A stretch of DNA of 64,000 nucleotides, taken from a virus. Position 1 is the stretch's first letter. Every line of letters starts with the position of its first letter. Where the stretch lies: positions 11,541-75,540 of the IMG/VR virus record IMGVR_UViG_3300031962_000002; one strand, 5' to 3'. Below the pieces are notes generated by a model. That model was not told the DNA's origin and made no database searches. It worked only from the letters and a program-made list of their open reading frames with translations. Of the stretch, positions 9,362 to 17,636 are shown piece after piece. Made by a program: the position numbers and the translations under genes.

Positions 9362-10567
9362 TCAAACTTCAATTCCCTTTGCCTGTGCCCATGCTTCCGC
9401 TGGTGAGTTTGCCTTTTTCTTGGCAACCACTGGCGGTTGAGGTACTTGGGACGGGTTTTTGGGGTCAGACGCATTTCTGGCTTCATTAACTTTGGCCAGT
9501 TGACCTAATTTTAAGCCATGCGCGTATGCCATTTGAGCTTTCTTTTGGTGGTTCCGCATCTCATGAAATTCCCGGACGAAGGACGGATAATCAAATCCTT
9601 TCTCCGTCTGGAACTCAGCCATGAAATTATTCCACCATTGTTGGGGGTTTAAGGCATCCTGTTTCAAGGTTTCGAGTTCTTGTGGGTTCTCGATGACCAT
9701 GTTCAAGAAGTCGCTTTCCTGGGGGGTTTCAGTGAACGCGAGCCTTATTCCTCCAAAGTTGTCTACCGCACTTTGAATGTTTCTCTCCACTTCTTCAGAG
9801 ATTTGTCGTGCCTGTTGTTGCGGCTGCTCTTCGGCAGCCTTAAACGACTTAGAAACCTCTGAAATTAACTTTGTGGCATCCTTCACTTCGTTAGCAAGGG
9901 CTCGTTCTTTGACAAGATTCCCCTCTAAGTCGGCATACTTTTGTTCGTATTCGGCTTGGAAATATTCATGGGCTTTGTCTGGTGTCAAATCCGAGTTTTT
10001 CGGATCAACCAGATAAGCCTCAAAAAGTACTTCCTTTGGGGATTTCCCTTCTGGATTAAAGGATACCGCACGGAGAGTGCGCATGGCAGTTTGGGCCGCT
10101 TCCGGTCCTGAGAGATCAGCCAAAAGTTCGTGAACCATCCTTGTTCGTTCATCTTTGTATTTTGGCTTAAATCCTTGTTCTGCCTGTTCCAACAGTTCAT
10201 TATAGTGGTTAAGAACGCCTACCAAATCTTCTTCCGATTTGATACCGCCATCTGTCAATTTGCTTAGATGGCCGTAAAAAACAGGATCTTCGATTGTGGC
10301 CTCTTGCGGGGCCGTAGCAGGCGTTTGGTCACCAGCTTTTGGTTCTGCTGGAGGTGTCGCAGTATTATCGTCTTTCGGCAAAGTTGCCGTTGGTGTCGGT
10401 TGTGGTTTTTCGCCCTCTTTTTGTAAAGGAGTGGTTTGTACTGGCGGCGCTGGTGGTTCTGCTGGGGGAGTGACTGGGGGCGTTGGTTGCAGTGGTTCTG
10501 CTCCGGGAGGGGCTGCATTCATATTTTGGAATGCTTCCTGAAGGGTACTGCCTGATAATTTTTCCAT
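9362..10567 (-). CDS. Capsid scaffolding-like protein
   Basis: Acidic, P/E/Q-rich disordered N-terminus and helical C-terminus. Lies immediately upstream of the MCP. Confidence 0.65.
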   Translation of the reverse strand: MEKLSGSTLQEAFQNMNAAPPGAEPLQPTPPVTPPAEPPAPPVQTTPLQKEGEKPQPTPTATLPKDDNTATPPAEPKAGDQTPATAPQEATIEDPVFYGHLSKLTDGGIKSEEDLVGVLNHYNELLEQAEQGFKPKYKDERTRMVHELLADLSGPEAAQTAMRTLRAVSFNPEGKSPKEVLFEAYLVDPKNSDLTPDKAHEYFQAEYEQKYADLEGNLVKERALANEVKDATKLISEVSKSFKAAEEQPQQQARQISEEVERNIQSAVDNFGGIRLAFTETPQESDFLNMVIENPQELETLKQDALNPQQWWNNFMAEFQTEKGFDYPSFVREFHEMRNHQKKAQMAYAHGLKLGQLAKVNEARNASDPKNPSQVPQPPVVAKKKANSPAEAWAQAKGIEV

Positions 10568-10704
10568 GTGGGGGTATGGTTTTTTCTATCCGTTTTTCTA
10601 TTTAGCATAATGTACGGATATGCGAATGAACTATTTTTTTGATTAATTTGCAAATAGATTGCACTTGAAGGACAAGTGCTGCCATTAACTAAACAGAAAA
10701 AACT

Positions 10705-11007
10705 ATGGCACAATCAGTAAAGCCTCCCTTCGTGGGAGCAATCGTTATCTACCATGTCTCAGATAGCGAGAAGGTTCAAAACAACGGTTCCAATGAAATG
10801 CCAGCGATCATCACGCGGGTATGGTCCAAAACTCCACCATTCACGGTGAATTTGAAGGGACTGCCGGATGGTACGGGTACTTTTTGGAGAACTTCTGTCA
10901 TCCACCAAAATCCTTATCCCGGCACAGTCGTAGCCCAGATAAGCGGATGGCGCTGGCCAGATGAAGACTTGCAACGTGGTGAAGCATCCATGGAAGCGAG
11001 TGAGTAA
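10705..11007 (+). CDS. Hypothetical phage protein (KPxVGxIVxY...PAIITRVW family)
   Basis: Clean 100-aa ORF on the opposite strand with its own terminator. Confidence 0.7.
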   Translation: MAQSVKPPFVGAIVIYHVSDSEKVQNNGSNEMPAIITRVWSKTPPFTVNLKGLPDGTGTFWRTSVIHQNPYPGTVVAQISGWRWPDEDLQRGEASMEASE

Positions 11008-11033
11008 AAATTAGAGGGCTTCGGCCCTCTTTT
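11007..11033. terminator. Bidirectional intrinsic terminator
   Basis: AAAA-TT-AGAGGGC-TTCG-GCCCTCT-TTT between convergent genes. Confidence 0.8.
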
Positions 11034-11563
11034 CATAAAGCCTTACATTTCTCTATCGCCTCTCGCGCTGACTCTTCGTGGTTTGGTTGATAGCCCATCC
11101 GATCGGACATCTGAAATAAGTCTTCGTGCGGCATGATCACCGTGTTCCATGGCTGATTGAGATGTGTGAAAATCCTGTCGGCCTCCCGGAGCAAGTTCTG
11201 ATCAACTCCGTATTTATCTATGTACTTGTCGAATACTTTCAGCATTCCTTTGTGGAAATAACAGCCCCAGCCGACCAGCGTACAACCCATGTCTTCGTAC
11301 TTCTTCTGAAATTCCTTGGTCATTGTATTGGTCAATCGGCCATCGTATTTTGAAAAAAGAACCTGGTAGTTCACGAAGCAATCATCGTCACACACAAAAA
11401 TAATGTCATTCTTTGCTTTCGCTGCGCACAAATAGCGATGATAAACAGACGGACACTTGGTATAAATTAAAATTTCATCGAAAAAATCTTGATCAAGTCT
11501 GTCAAGAATTATTTCAGGAAAATTATCTTCGCGAGTTATTAAAATGCAACTTATCTTTTCCAT
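11033..11563 (-). CDS. GT-A fold glycosyltransferase-like protein
   Basis: KISCILIT beta strand, AKNDIIFVCDDD DxD motif and LVGWG. Confidence 0.65.
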   Translation of the reverse strand: MEKISCILITREDNFPEIILDRLDQDFFDEILIYTKCPSVYHRYLCAAKAKNDIIFVCDDDCFVNYQVLFSKYDGRLTNTMTKEFQKKYEDMGCTLVGWGCYFHKGMLKVFDKYIDKYGVDQNLLREADRIFTHLNQPWNTVIMPHEDLFQMSDRMGYQPNHEESAREAIEKCKAL

Positions 11564-11564
11564 C

Positions 11565-12185
11565 CTATATTTCATTTAATTTTGCGAATTCACCAAATTG
11601 TATTTTAGCTGCTTCATTATATGCCTTAGCAGCTAATTCAGCCGTCCTAAACGCTCCCAAGTAACTCTTCCCAACTTTTGCTTGATAAGTGTTATTTCTA
11701 GTTTTATGTACTCCTTTATAAAAGCTGGTTACCCTCTTTGAAACATTTTGAGTATTTTGAGCCGTGGTGCATATCCTTAAATTTATTCTCCGGTTGTCAA
11801 GTTTAATTCCGCTAATATGATCTGTGTCCATGCCTTTTGGAGTATTCATAATAAGGCGGTGCATTGTCTCTCTGATGCCATGTCTTGTGCTAGTGGCTGC
11901 ATATCCAGTTTTTAAAATTAACCATGTATGCTTATTAACTAATTCAAAGTCTTCTTTGTCAAAAAGTACATTGAATATTCCACGACTATTTTTTATTACA
12001 ATCTCACAATGTGATTCATGATGGATTATTTCATTTTGTCTCTTCCTTTTGCCTTTTAATTTATCTGCGGCCCTTTTTTTTCTACAATCATTGGAGCAAA
12101 AATGACCATGACCATTTTCAATGACATGAGGCCACACAAAAAATTCTTTGCCACATTCTCCGCAAATCCTTAATATTTTAGGCAT
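11565..12185 (-). CDS. HNH homing endonuclease with AP2 domain
   Basis: N-terminal Zn finger (CGECGKEF...FCSNDC), MHRLIM...TDHISGIKLDNRRINLR, and AP2 motif YLGAFRTAELAAKAYNEAA. Confidence 0.9.
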   Translation of the reverse strand: MPKILRICGECGKEFFVWPHVIENGHGHFCSNDCRKKRAADKLKGKRKRQNEIIHHESHCEIVIKNSRGIFNVLFDKEDFELVNKHTWLILKTGYAATSTRHGIRETMHRLIMNTPKGMDTDHISGIKLDNRRINLRICTTAQNTQNVSKRVTSFYKGVHKTRNNTYQAKVGKSYLGAFRTAELAAKAYNEAAKIQFGEFAKLNEI

Positions 12186-12189
12186 ATCA

Positions 12190-13029
12190 CTATATCAAAT
12201 TTAAAATTTCCTCTTTGGTGTACCGTTCACTGTGAAAAGAATCTGGCAATTCAGGAGTTATTATTTCGTGCATGTTCTCCCCAGGCTGAAGGCCAATTGT
12301 CTTAACTGGCACCTTGCCGTACTTTTCCATCATGGCGTTAAGAAGGTCACCCAATCGAATTGATTTCATGGCAGTGATGTACGGTGTCGCATCTTTAGCT
12401 TTCTCAATGCACTCAAAAATCAAATCAATGGCCTGATCTACTGACCAGAAAAATCTTGTGGAGTCAATATCGGTTACTATTATTTCTTCGCCTTTCTTCA
12501 TTTTGTCTCTCCATTTGCACAAAACCGACCCCGAACTATAAAGCACATTTCCGTATCGTACAGTCCTATATTTGGTATAGCAATTCATCTCTTGCGCCTC
12601 AATCATCATTTTTTCTCCCAATTTCTTTGAAATTCCATAGACCCCAGTTCCTTGAGCTGCCTTATCGGACGAGATGAATACAAATTTGTCAGGATTAGTT
12701 TCCAGTGATTCGTTTATCACATTCATGCAACCTATAACATTTGTGTTTATGCACGATTGAACATCCTTCTCAGCAATACCCACATGTTTAAGCGCCGCCA
12801 TTAAAAAAATTTGGTCAGCAAAATTCATTGCTTTTTTACCCACCGATTGATACCGGATGTCGCCAATCATTATTTGCACAGATGGAAATTTTTCTTTCAA
12901 TGCAACCGCCAATGATTCATTTCGTGAAACGGATAGGATATTTGTTTCTCCTTGTGAAATCAACCGTTGAATAAGTGCATGACCAAGGAATCCAGAACCT
13001 CCAAATAAAACAATTCTACTATTTTTCAT
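12190..13029 (-). CDS. UDP-GlcNAc 4,6-dehydratase-like SDR (PseB/CapD, Polysacc_synt_2 family)
   Basis: Motifs GGSGFLG, AALKHV, ISSDKA, YGISK, RYGNVLYSSGSV and GLQPGENMHE. Confidence 0.88.
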   Translation of the reverse strand: MKNSRIVLFGGSGFLGHALIQRLISQGETNILSVSRNESLAVALKEKFPSVQIMIGDIRYQSVGKKAMNFADQIFLMAALKHVGIAEKDVQSCINTNVIGCMNVINESLETNPDKFVFISSDKAAQGTGVYGISKKLGEKMMIEAQEMNCYTKYRTVRYGNVLYSSGSVLCKWRDKMKKGEEIIVTDIDSTRFFWSVDQAIDLIFECIEKAKDATPYITAMKSIRLGDLLNAMMEKYGKVPVKTIGLQPGENMHEIITPELPDSFHSERYTKEEILNLI

Positions 13030-13582
13030 TGATCAGTGTTTTTACATAAAATCCGTCCTCTTGATTAAGGCCCGCCAATTTGACTCCTTCCCACCGACTC
13101 GACAATGATGAGTTGGTGAAATATGGAATACACGGCATGGAAATCGACTGTGCCCCAGCCATCTTCATAATTTTGCTCCCTTCCATTTCAAACCGCCAAG
13201 GGGTGTAAGTTTGAAGTAGCAACGAAATCAAATACTCCCGATACCAAATGCTGTATTGTGTTGTGCACGGGTATTCCTCTTGCTCTTGCTCTGAACACTC
13301 ACAAAGTTTTGCACACACCAGCGCGCCTCCAATGCCTTCGTCAGCTTCTTTGTAAACTTTCTCATCAATTGGGCCAGAAATCAGATAATCGTCTAAGGCA
13401 AAAATCACCTTGTCATCTGTCAGATATCGTAGAAAGTCGGCGATGTACGCTCCCCAGCCGTTGATCCCTCCTTTGTAGTTGAGATAGATGGTATCAAACT
13501 GTGGCAAATACTTTTTAGTAAGATACTTGCTGGCTGGAACAATTTTCTGTGAACCCGGATGACCTATGAGAATTATTTTCAT
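13019..13582 (-). CDS. Glycosyltransferase-like protein (GT-A)
   Basis: VIFALDDY DxD-like motif and TPWRFE. Located in the sugar cluster. Confidence 0.55.
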   Translation of the reverse strand: MKIILIGHPGSQKIVPASKYLTKKYLPQFDTIYLNYKGGINGWGAYIADFLRYLTDDKVIFALDDYLISGPIDEKVYKEADEGIGGALVCAKLCECSEQEQEEYPCTTQYSIWYREYLISLLLQTYTPWRFEMEGSKIMKMAGAQSISMPCIPYFTNSSLSSRWEGVKLAGLNQEDGFYVKTLINEK

Positions 13583-13974
13583 CTTTGGAGAATGTAGTAA
13601 TTGTCAACGTGATTGATCGGGGAGAATCCGGCCTTCACAAATGCTCTGAATGAACCGATATTGCCATCTACAATTTTCGCAAACATCCCTGGTTGACAAA
13701 TCCTTGTGATAATCTGCGAGGCAATACCCAATCCCCAAAAATTTCTGTCTAACCAGATACTTATTTCATTGCCAAAAATTCTCACTGCCCCAATTCTTCG
13801 GCCAGAATCAGTTTCAATGATTTGAAAGAAAATGATATTTTTTTCCAGCCATTTTAAGTGGTCAATTAGTTTTATTTCATCATGCGATTTGATGGCAAAC
13901 TGTCTTGTCTCTGGATAGTTTTTTAACTCCAACATAAAGTTGGCGTCATCCATAGTCATTGGGCGTAGGTTCAT
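13579..13974 (-). CDS. GNAT N-acetyltransferase (PseH-like)
   Basis: MNLRPMTMDDA, HLKWL, FWGLGIA and NIGSFRAFVKAGF. ATGA overlap with the upstream gene. Confidence 0.8.
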   Translation of the reverse strand: MNLRPMTMDDANFMLELKNYPETRQFAIKSHDEIKLIDHLKWLEKNIIFFQIIETDSGRRIGAVRIFGNEISIWLDRNFWGLGIASQIITRICQPGMFAKIVDGNIGSFRAFVKAGFSPINHVDNYYILQR

Positions 13975-14630
13975 AGCGGCCATTGTTTTGAGTGTCGAAA
14001 ATGGAAAAAGCAAATCTCTTCCCAGTTATGGTCGATTGAATTAAAATCAACCTTTTGAAATAATTTATTGCCTTCTTTTTTTAGGATTGGTGTTGTTGTC
14101 CACGGCATCCCTTGTTGGAAGTCATACTTGTACCTCAGTCCTGATAATTCCAGTATGCGGGAAAATTGCGTCTCAACCCATCCTGACGATTCTGGATTTC
14201 TTAATTCAACTTCCCACAGAGGATAATTTTTGAACAGATTATTGACCTCTGGCGAATTCCTGTAAAGACTGAAACATCCGCACACATACTCATTGTGGCC
14301 TGAATAAACATCCAGTTCGTTGAGTAGTGAGTCTGGCACGAACTTATCAACATCGCCGAATACCATGTCAAAATCACAGGTCCCCCACCAGTCATAATCT
14401 TTGATCTCATCCTTATAAAGCAACCCGAGTGCGCAACGGTAGTCCCATACCTTCGTACCACCAACAACTCCAGGATAATCAATGCCGAGTTTTTGTTTGA
14501 CACGAAGTTTAAAGTCCGCCAGATCAGTATCAATAATCATGTGATACCCTTTCGGCCACTCGAATTTGTTCATCCATTCTGGAAATTTTCCGAAGTATGG
14601 ACAGATAAGTATTTTTTTTAAGCCTGACAT
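13971..14630 (-). CDS. DUF6625-like glycosyltransferase-associated protein
   Basis: ICPYFGKFP, KVWDYR, YDWWGTCDFDMVFGD and FFHF, a motif set seen in EPS/capsule loci. Confidence 0.75.
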   Translation of the reverse strand: MSGLKKILICPYFGKFPEWMNKFEWPKGYHMIIDTDLADFKLRVKQKLGIDYPGVVGGTKVWDYRCALGLLYKDEIKDYDWWGTCDFDMVFGDVDKFVPDSLLNELDVYSGHNEYVCGCFSLYRNSPEVNNLFKNYPLWEVELRNPESSGWVETQFSRILELSGLRYKYDFQQGMPWTTTPILKKEGNKLFQKVDFNSIDHNWEEICFFHFRHSKQWPL

Positions 14631-14899
14631 TGTTTCCTGTAACTTTCAATTGCTGGTAAAAAATTTCTTGAATCTGTTATCTGGTTTGCCAATTGATGAG
14701 CAATGGCTTCTCCATTAATAATTGGATAATAGCCCCATCTTTTTTCTATTGGCCAAATTTTTTGAAAAGATGTAGGATAGTATCCAGTTAAAAACCAATT
14801 TTTTATTTCAGCAAAATCATTTCTACCTCCATCAACGCCAAAGATCGCCAGATACTTTCTGAAAAAATCTTCAATTTGTTCTTCTGATAAATAATTCAT
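14618..14899 (-). CDS. Hypothetical protein
   Basis: Translationally coupled (ATGA) ORF starting MNYLSEEQ within the cluster. Confidence 0.55.
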   Translation of the reverse strand: MNYLSEEQIEDFFRKYLAIFGVDGGRNDFAEIKNWFLTGYYPTSFQKIWPIEKRWGYYPIINGEAIAHQLANQITDSRNFLPAIESYRKQCQA

Positions 14900-16326
14900 A
14901 ACAACCACTCACTTTTCCCGTTAACAGCCAAAAAATGTGGCAATGTGGATGGCAAAGCCAATTGTGATTTATAACACTCCAACATTTTTGCTTTTGTCTC
15001 CAGTTCAAAAGTAGTTGGTTTGATCTCGATTCTGCCAGTGGTGTACAATTCTGTTTTAGTGTAAGTCAAATACTCCATACACTTGTCTCCGAACAATTCA
15101 CGGCCTACTTTGTTCACCAGATCATGTTGAAGATTGCCACCTTGCAATGCTGGGATGTAAACTACTCCCGGTCTGAATGCTTTCAGCCTTTCGCGCAAAA
15201 TTTCTTCACTCAACTCCGTGTCTTTGATTCCAAGGAACACCACTGGGCAACCTGCGATTGCCATTGCGTTGATTGTTTCTTGCCTACGTATTTCAGCGTC
15301 ACATCCAATGTCACCGCGTTCGGGCTGGATATGGCTATCTGTTATTACGCACACTAGAGGCGTGAGTCTAAGCAATGTAAAGGCTCCGAACAAAGACTCA
15401 TCGTCATTATGGATTGATAAAAACAAAACATCATTAGGTAACTCCACTTCTGTTCTAGCCCAGATCAATCCTTGATTGTTGGCCGTTCTCGCCATGCGTT
15501 GCCATTGTAACTTGTTCTCTGCTGTGGCGATGATAGCCATAAATTCAATAGCTTCCCGAAAATTAGAGTTTATTTTTAGGCATTGAAGAACAGCCGCCGC
15601 ACACTCTTCAATTCTTTCCAATCCCAACCAGCATTGAGCCATGATTAAATAAGCCTCTGCTATTTCTGCGGGCCAGTTTGAAACAGGAATGTATCGCTTT
15701 AATACATCTATCGCCTCCCAGAATTTTCCTTTGTAACTATACTCTCTCCCGAGATAGAAAAGATTACGAACAGGATTCTTTTCGGCTTTCACGGTGGCCT
15801 CAAGCATTCTTAAAGAACGATCAGGGTCAAGGGCATGAGCTGGGCTATAACCGTACTGGATTTTGATGTCTCCAATTTCTTCTCCTTCGCCTGGAATGTT
15901 GAGATGTTTGTGGATTGCTGACTCCCAATAAATTTCAGGACAATTTCTAAATATCCTTCCAAAGAAAAATTCATTTTTGTCATGCTCTGAAATCATTTTG
16001 ACTCGTAATACATCTTTGGCTTGTTCAACAGCCGCCCTAACTTCGGATTCTGTACTCAACATTATTTCATCAGCGTCTAAGGAAATTACGAAATCCTCCT
16101 TCGCCCTTGACTTTATCAAATTTTGGTGATACGAAAAATCATCAATCCAGATACTATCAAGAAAAACATTCGATGTATATTGTTTGCAAATTTCAACAGT
16201 ACGATCGCTACTCCCTGTATCGAGAATGTAAATATTTTCCACCCATTTTATTGATTCGAGTGCCCTTGAAATAAGAGCCTCTTCATTTTTGCAGATGATA
16301 CAGCAAGCGATTGTTTTACTCATCAA
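14896..16326 (-). CDS. Fusion of GT2 glycosyltransferase, TPR repeats and PIG-L/LmbE-like deacetylase
   Basis: IICKNEE, ILDTGSSDRT and SLDADE (GT2). RNLFYLGREY and AEAYLIMAQC (TPR). LSIHNDDESL, RRQE, GGNLQHD and CYKSQ (PIG-L). Confidence 0.85.
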   Translation of the reverse strand: MMSKTIACCIICKNEEALISRALESIKWVENIYILDTGSSDRTVEICKQYTSNVFLDSIWIDDFSYHQNLIKSRAKEDFVISLDADEIMLSTESEVRAAVEQAKDVLRVKMISEHDKNEFFFGRIFRNCPEIYWESAIHKHLNIPGEGEEIGDIKIQYGYSPAHALDPDRSLRMLEATVKAEKNPVRNLFYLGREYSYKGKFWEAIDVLKRYIPVSNWPAEIAEAYLIMAQCWLGLERIEECAAAVLQCLKINSNFREAIEFMAIIATAENKLQWQRMARTANNQGLIWARTEVELPNDVLFLSIHNDDESLFGAFTLLRLTPLVCVITDSHIQPERGDIGCDAEIRRQETINAMAIAGCPVVFLGIKDTELSEEILRERLKAFRPGVVYIPALQGGNLQHDLVNKVGRELFGDKCMEYLTYTKTELYTTGRIEIKPTTFELETKAKMLECYKSQLALPSTLPHFLAVNGKSEWLL

Positions 16327-16682
16327 ATGATTTTTAATTCTTCACCTGTCAAAGAAAAATATAGATTTTGGAGTTGATGAACAAACTGACAAGGAGCCCC
16401 AGTGAATGCTGCGTCCCAAATATGTTGAATTTCTTCATCTAATGTTGGCAATTGAATTTGAAAGCATTCATTGTCTGGTCTTTGCCAAAGTCCATCTTCA
16501 TCGATTCCTTCAAATCCTAATTTTGCAAGCCATTCTTCGGTGAGTGGAATTGGTTCACAAAATGAATAATGATAATTATTAATGTGATTATTTTCTATTT
16601 TATGAACTGTCTGTTCACCAGGCCTAAATACTTCGTCAGTTGTTTTTATCCAATTCCCTATTCGTAATTCGTTTGTTTTCAT
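16323..16682 (-). CDS. Hypothetical Bacteroidota-phage protein (ELRIGN...VHQLQNLYF family)
   Basis: Paralog at 63173-63565 shares ELRIGN, EPIPLT.EWL and FVHQLQNLYF.LTGEEL. Confidence 0.8.
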   Translation of the reverse strand: MKTNELRIGNWIKTTDEVFRPGEQTVHKIENNHINNYHYSFCEPIPLTEEWLAKLGFEGIDEDGLWQRPDNECFQIQLPTLDEEIQHIWDAAFTGAPCQFVHQLQNLYFSLTGEELKII

Positions 16683-16807
16683 TTTTTAATTTCGGTGTGA
16701 TCCTTCAAAACTTTCTCCATATATGGTTTCAACTTGCGATCATCTTTGTCAGCAAGTTTTTGTAATTTTTTGATTACTTCTTCTGAAAGGTTAATGTCTT
16801 TTCTCAT
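16679..16807 (-). CDS. Ribbon-helix-helix (Arc/CopG-like) regulator, 42 aa
   Basis: Translated by hand: MRKDINLSEEVIKKLQKLADKDDRKLKPYMEKVLKDHTEIKK. ATGA overlap with the next gene; first gene of the sugar cluster. Confidence 0.7.
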   Translation of the reverse strand: MRKDINLSEEVIKKLQKLADKDDRKLKPYMEKVLKDHTEIKK

Positions 16808-16842
16808 ATTTAAAAAGAAAAAAAAGAGGACGCGACAAACTT

Positions 16843-16850
16843 CAAAGTTA
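16843..16850 (-). promoter_or_regulatory. Bacteroidota sigma-A -7 element (TAACTTTG) upstream of the glycosylation operon
   Basis: Matches TAnnTTTG; the -33 element is imperfect. Confidence 0.5.
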
Positions 16851-16924
16851 CATTTTCGGCCTCTTTTTTATAAATACGCATTTCTGCGTACATCATGCGG
16901 TAAATGTACACAATTATTTCAAAT

Positions 16925-16964
16925 AAAAAAGGAGGCGACCTGTACAGTCTTTAACCTCCCTTTT
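16925..16964 (-). terminator. Probable terminator separating the portal-distal gene from the glycosylation operon
   Basis: GGAGG...CCTCC stem flanked by A- and T-runs. Confidence 0.5.
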
Positions 16965-16987
16965 CAGTTTTAAACTTTGAATTTCGC

Positions 16988-17542
16988 TTACGTAGCCGTC
17001 TGCCATCCTGCTGTCGTCCCAGCTGTGGTCGGGATAACCGGTGCCGCAAAGTGCTTGCGCTTTCCTGCCAGGATCGTAAGGGCTGCGGTGGATCCATCAA
17101 TCGGTGAGGTTGTACCCCTGCCAGTGATCGTAATCGAGCCGGTAGTGGTGTTGAATACAACCAGAACTTTGCGATAGAATGGATCAGGGAGGACAACGCC
17201 TCCGCCATTTCCGGCGTTCACTTCGTGGATGTACTTGGTGGCATCCAAGGCCTGCGTGCCACTGGTCGCGGTGACAGCTTCATACTTGCTCTGAAAATAA
17301 ATGCTCGATGTCGCTCCTTGTGAGAGTGCTTGGATCGCCTGAAAGTCAGAGAAACTTTCATAGGTTCTCACTCTTTTTGGGCGTTTGTTCAGTTTGATGA
17401 CTAGATCATCAAGCGGAACGTCGCCAGGTTCGAGTCCTTCAATGTCGATGGATTGGAGAAAGAACACTTTTGGCCTTGTCCTGAGAGGCCCGGGGCCGAT
17501 TCCTTTAGCCGTCACTTGGAGGGCTATGTCACTGTTTGCCAT
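16988..17542 (-). CDS. Hypothetical structural (head decoration/fibre-like) protein
   Basis: 184 aa with a beta-rich C-terminus, its own promoter, and a position downstream of the portal. Confidence 0.55.
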   Translation of the reverse strand: MANSDIALQVTAKGIGPGPLRTRPKVFFLQSIDIEGLEPGDVPLDDLVIKLNKRPKRVRTYESFSDFQAIQALSQGATSSIYFQSKYEAVTATSGTQALDATKYIHEVNAGNGGGVVLPDPFYRKVLVVFNTTTGSITITGRGTTSPIDGSTAALTILAGKRKHFAAPVIPTTAGTTAGWQTAT

Positions 17543-17602
17543 TTTTGATAATTGTTTTGGTTTCGCAAACCTCCCAATGGGGGACTGGTTATTCGCTCAT
17601 AA

Positions 17603-17634
17603 CAAATGTAAAGTGGTATTGTTGGATTTGCAAA
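17603..17634 (-). promoter_or_regulatory. Bacteroidota-type promoter
   Basis: Minus strand TTTG-N20-TACATTTG. Confidence 0.7.
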
Positions 17635-17636
17635 TG

